Assembly: GCF_001194135.2 (NCBI RefSeq)
Contig: NC_068988.1
Coordinates: forward strand, 1,449,156 to 1,485,327
Direction: 5' to 3'
Length of the DNA stretch: 36,172 nt
Source: Octopus bimaculoides
Lineage: Eukaryota
The notes under the pieces are model-generated. The model did not search any database. It was not told the origin of the DNA and was given only the letters and a program-made list of their open reading frames with translations. Positions 33,555-36,172 of the stretch are shown in pieces (the first letter of the stretch is position 1; each line of letters starts with the position of its first letter). Both the position numbers and the translations under genes were made by a program.

Positions 33555-34052
33555 TTGAGTAAGAGAGCAGCATACACCATCAAAGTGTCACTGGGGTACC
33601 AATATATGAGCTGGCAGAATTGTTAGCACGCTGGACGAAATACTTAGCGGTATTTCATCTGCCATTAGGTTCTGAGTTCAAATTCCACCGAGGTCGACTT
33701 TGTCTTTCATCCTTTAGGGGTTAATTAAGTAAGTACCAGTTACGCACTGGGGTCGATGTAATCGACTTAATCCCTTTGTTTGTCCTCTCTGTGTGTAGCC
33801 CCCTGTGTGCAATAAAGAAATAAATATATGAAGCTCAATATACCCGTCCCAGCAACCTGTCTGATAAGGGTGCACCAGGCACATGCATCACAACCATATG
33901 TGTGCGACATGGTGACCTGATATCAAGATAAACAGCACATGACCTTGCAGGTGGGGCCCAGTTAAAATTTTCTTCAGGTCAAGTGGCCTATTCCACTCAA
34001 AAGGTCCTTAAATAAGGGTTGTTTAAGGATGATGAATGAAACACCCATGTCT
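33555..34052 (-). repeat. Repeat family D, reverse copy interrupted by a SINE C insertion
   Basis: gaccttgcaggtggggcccagtt..aattttcttc is the reverse complement of 30300-30340. Confidence 0.7.
33610..33822 (+). mobile_element. SINE family C (tRNA-headed), near full-length, with 9-bp TSD AATATATGA
   Basis: gagctggcagaattgttagc...ttctgagttcaaattcc..gaggtcgactttg..tttcatcc. The TSD is at 33601-33609 and 33823-33831. Other copies lie near 1570-1775, 8665-8840, 8870-9055, 9065-9232 (minus), 20505-20625, 27080-27245 and 34411-34550. Confidence 0.85.
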
Positions 34053-34056
34053 CCAC

Positions 34057-34095
<39 letters not shown>

Positions 34096-34260
34096 ATATT
34101 ATTATTATTATTATTATTAAATATTATAATTATTATTATTATTATTATTATTATTAAATATTAATATTATTATTATTATTTTTAAATATTAATATTATTA
34201 TTATTATTATTATTATTATTAAATATTATAATTATTATTATTATTATTATTAAATATTAA

Positions 34261-34293
<33 letters not shown>

Positions 34294-34391
34294 ATGTTAA
34301 TATTATTATTATTATTATTATTATTAAATATTATTATTATTATTAAATATTATTATTATTATTATAAAATATTATTATTATTATTATTATA
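34057..34391. repeat. (ATT)n array with periodic AAATATT(AAT) interruptions
   Basis: Seen directly. Confidence 0.95.
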
Positions 34392-34751
34392 AAAAATCGT
34401 TATTGAAAGACAGCGAGCTGGCAGAAACGTTAGCATGCCAAGCGAAATGCTCAGCAGTATTTTGTGTGTCTTTATGTTCTGAGTTCAAATTTCGCTGAGG
34501 TCGACTTTGCCTTTCATCCTTTCAGAGTTGATAAATTAAGTACCAGTTTTGTGAGTTACTTGCTTACCCTACTAGTGCTGGTGCCATGAAATAAAAAAAA
34601 CCCACTCAATACACCCTTTTAAGGGGTTGGCAGTAAGAAGGACTTCAAGCCATAGAAATCCTGCTAAACCAAACACTGAGACCAACACAGCCCTCAGGTT
34701 AGTTGGATCTTGTTGAGCTGCCCAACACATGCCATGAGGATGATATATCAT

Positions 34752-35892
34752 CATCATCATCATCATCATCGTTTAACGTCCGCTTTCCATGCTAGCATGG
34801 GTTGGACGATTTGACTGAGGACTGGTGAAACCGGATGGCAACACCAGGCTCCAGTCTAATTTGGCAGAGTTTCTACAGCTGGATGCCCTTCCTAACGCCA
34901 ACCACTCAGAGAGTGTAGTGGGTGCTTTTACGTGTCACCCGCACGAAAACGGCCACGCTCGAAATGGTGTCTTTTATGTGCCACCCGCACAAGCCAGTCC
35001 AGGGGCACTGGCAACNNNNNNNNNNNNNNNNNNNNNNNNNNNNNNNNNNNNNNNNNNNNNNNNNNNNNNNNNNNNNNNNNNNNNNNNNNNNNNNNNNNNN
35101 NNNNNNNNNNNNNNNNNNNNNNNNNNNNNNNNNNNNNNNNNNNNNNNNNNNNNNNNNNNNNNNNNNNNNNNNNNNNNNNNNNNNNNNNNNNNNNNNNNNN
35201 NNNNNNNNNNNNNNNNNNNNNNNNNNNNNNNNNNNNNNNNNNNNNNNNNNNNNNNNNNNNNNNNNNNNNNNNNNNNNNNNNNNNNNNNNNNNNNNNNNNN
35301 NNNNNNNNNNNNNNNNNNNNNNNNNNNNNNNNNNNNNNNNNNNNNNNNNNNNNNNNNNNNNNNNNNNNNNNNNNNNNNNNNNNNNNNNNNNNNNNNNNNN
35401 NNNNNNNNNNNNNNNNNNNNNNNNNNNNNNNNNNNNNNNNNNNNNNNNNNNNNNNNNNNNNNNNNNNNNNNNNNNNNNNNNNNNNNNNNNNNNNNNNNNN
35501 NNNNNNNNNNNNNNNNNNNNNNNNNNNNNNNNNNNNNNNNNNNNNNNNNAGCTAGGTTGACTCTAAGGCCCTTCAATTCTAGACCTTGCTTCCACACCTG
35601 AAACTTCTCCTCTAGTTCTGATAGTGACTCCGCAATTAGGGCAAGGTCATCAGCATAGAGGAGCTCCCAGGGGCAACCTGTCTTGAACTCCTCTGTGATT
35701 GCCTGGAGGACTATGATAAATAAGAGGGGGCTGAGGACGGAACCTTGGTGGACCCCTACCTCTACCCGGAATTCATTGCTGTACTCATTTCCAACCCTCA
35801 CCTTACTGGCAGCATCTCTGTACATGGCTTGCACAGCTCTCACTAACCATTCTTCTATCCCAAGTTTCGTCATTGACCACCAGATAAGGGAT
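34752..35892 (-). mobile_element. 5'-truncated RTE-clade LINE: RT core, gap, 3' UTR and (GAT)n tail
   Basis: SLIWWSMTKLGIEEWLVRAVQAMY...GVHQGSVLSPLLF...LLYADDLALIAES...GLRVNLA contains the QGxxLSP and YADD motifs. The 3' UTR and tail lie across the gap at 34752-35015. Confidence 0.93.
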
Positions 35893-36137
35893 GTGTATGT
35901 ATATAGATTTTTATGTATTCGTGTGTGTGTGTGTGTGCATTTCTTCAATTTACGTTCATTTTCTATGCTTGCATGGGTTAGATGAATACATTATTGAGAC
36001 CTTCTCTTACACTTGGATCCCTTTCCTGTTGCTAGCCTGTATCCGTTTCCCTAGTACAGGAGCTCGTGTTTCATTTCTGTGAAGGAGGAAAATTGGTAGC
36101 ATTGGTACCACTTGTAGAGACTGTCTTGGAGTGAAAG

Positions 36138-36169
<32 letters not shown>

Positions 36170-36172
36170 AGG

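Noticed and set aside
894-35948. Many long ORFs in the supplied track (for example 894-1526, 5368-6195, 9118-9711, 18466-18912, 34825-35601)
   Set aside because: They are open only because they run through N gaps or microsatellites (CVCV, HTHT, IYIY, poly-N/H/Y) and have no protein signal.
1-36172. CRISPR arrays, operons or other prokaryotic systems
   Set aside because: The window has spliceosomal introns, SINEs and LINEs, and no regularly spaced repeat-spacer array.

Overview
This is AT-rich eukaryotic (metazoan) genomic DNA with ten assembly gaps. The repeat repertoire looks like a coleoid cephalopod (octopus-like); that assignment is inference from recall, not a database hit. The only host gene I can support is the 5' part of a dystrobrevin gene on the + strand, with four coding exons at 4874-4969, 7603-7683, 14582-14667 and 27525-27676. 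One expected ~70-codon exon is absent from the called sequence and probably lies in a gap. Everything else is intron or upstream DNA filled with tRNA-headed SINEs of several families, RTE and Tx1/L1 LINE fragments, TTAA-flanked piggyBac-like MITEs, a tRNA-Pro pseudogene and microsatellites. SINE family letters (A, C, D, F) are my own working labels, and most repeat boundaries are approximate. The most interesting signal is a ~230-300 bp non-coding element present twice (7166-7480, 11683-11940). It joins a tRNA-like Pol III head, an (AAT)n spacer and a Penelope-type minimal hammerhead ribozyme motif, and both copies carry a fold-back inverted duplication of the head. Neither copy has an intact catalytic core, but their mutations are complementary and mostly CpG transitions, so an intact hammerhead can be reconstructed. 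This suggests a hammerhead-bearing SINE mobilised by Penelope-like elements. No prokaryotic features or CRISPR arrays are present.
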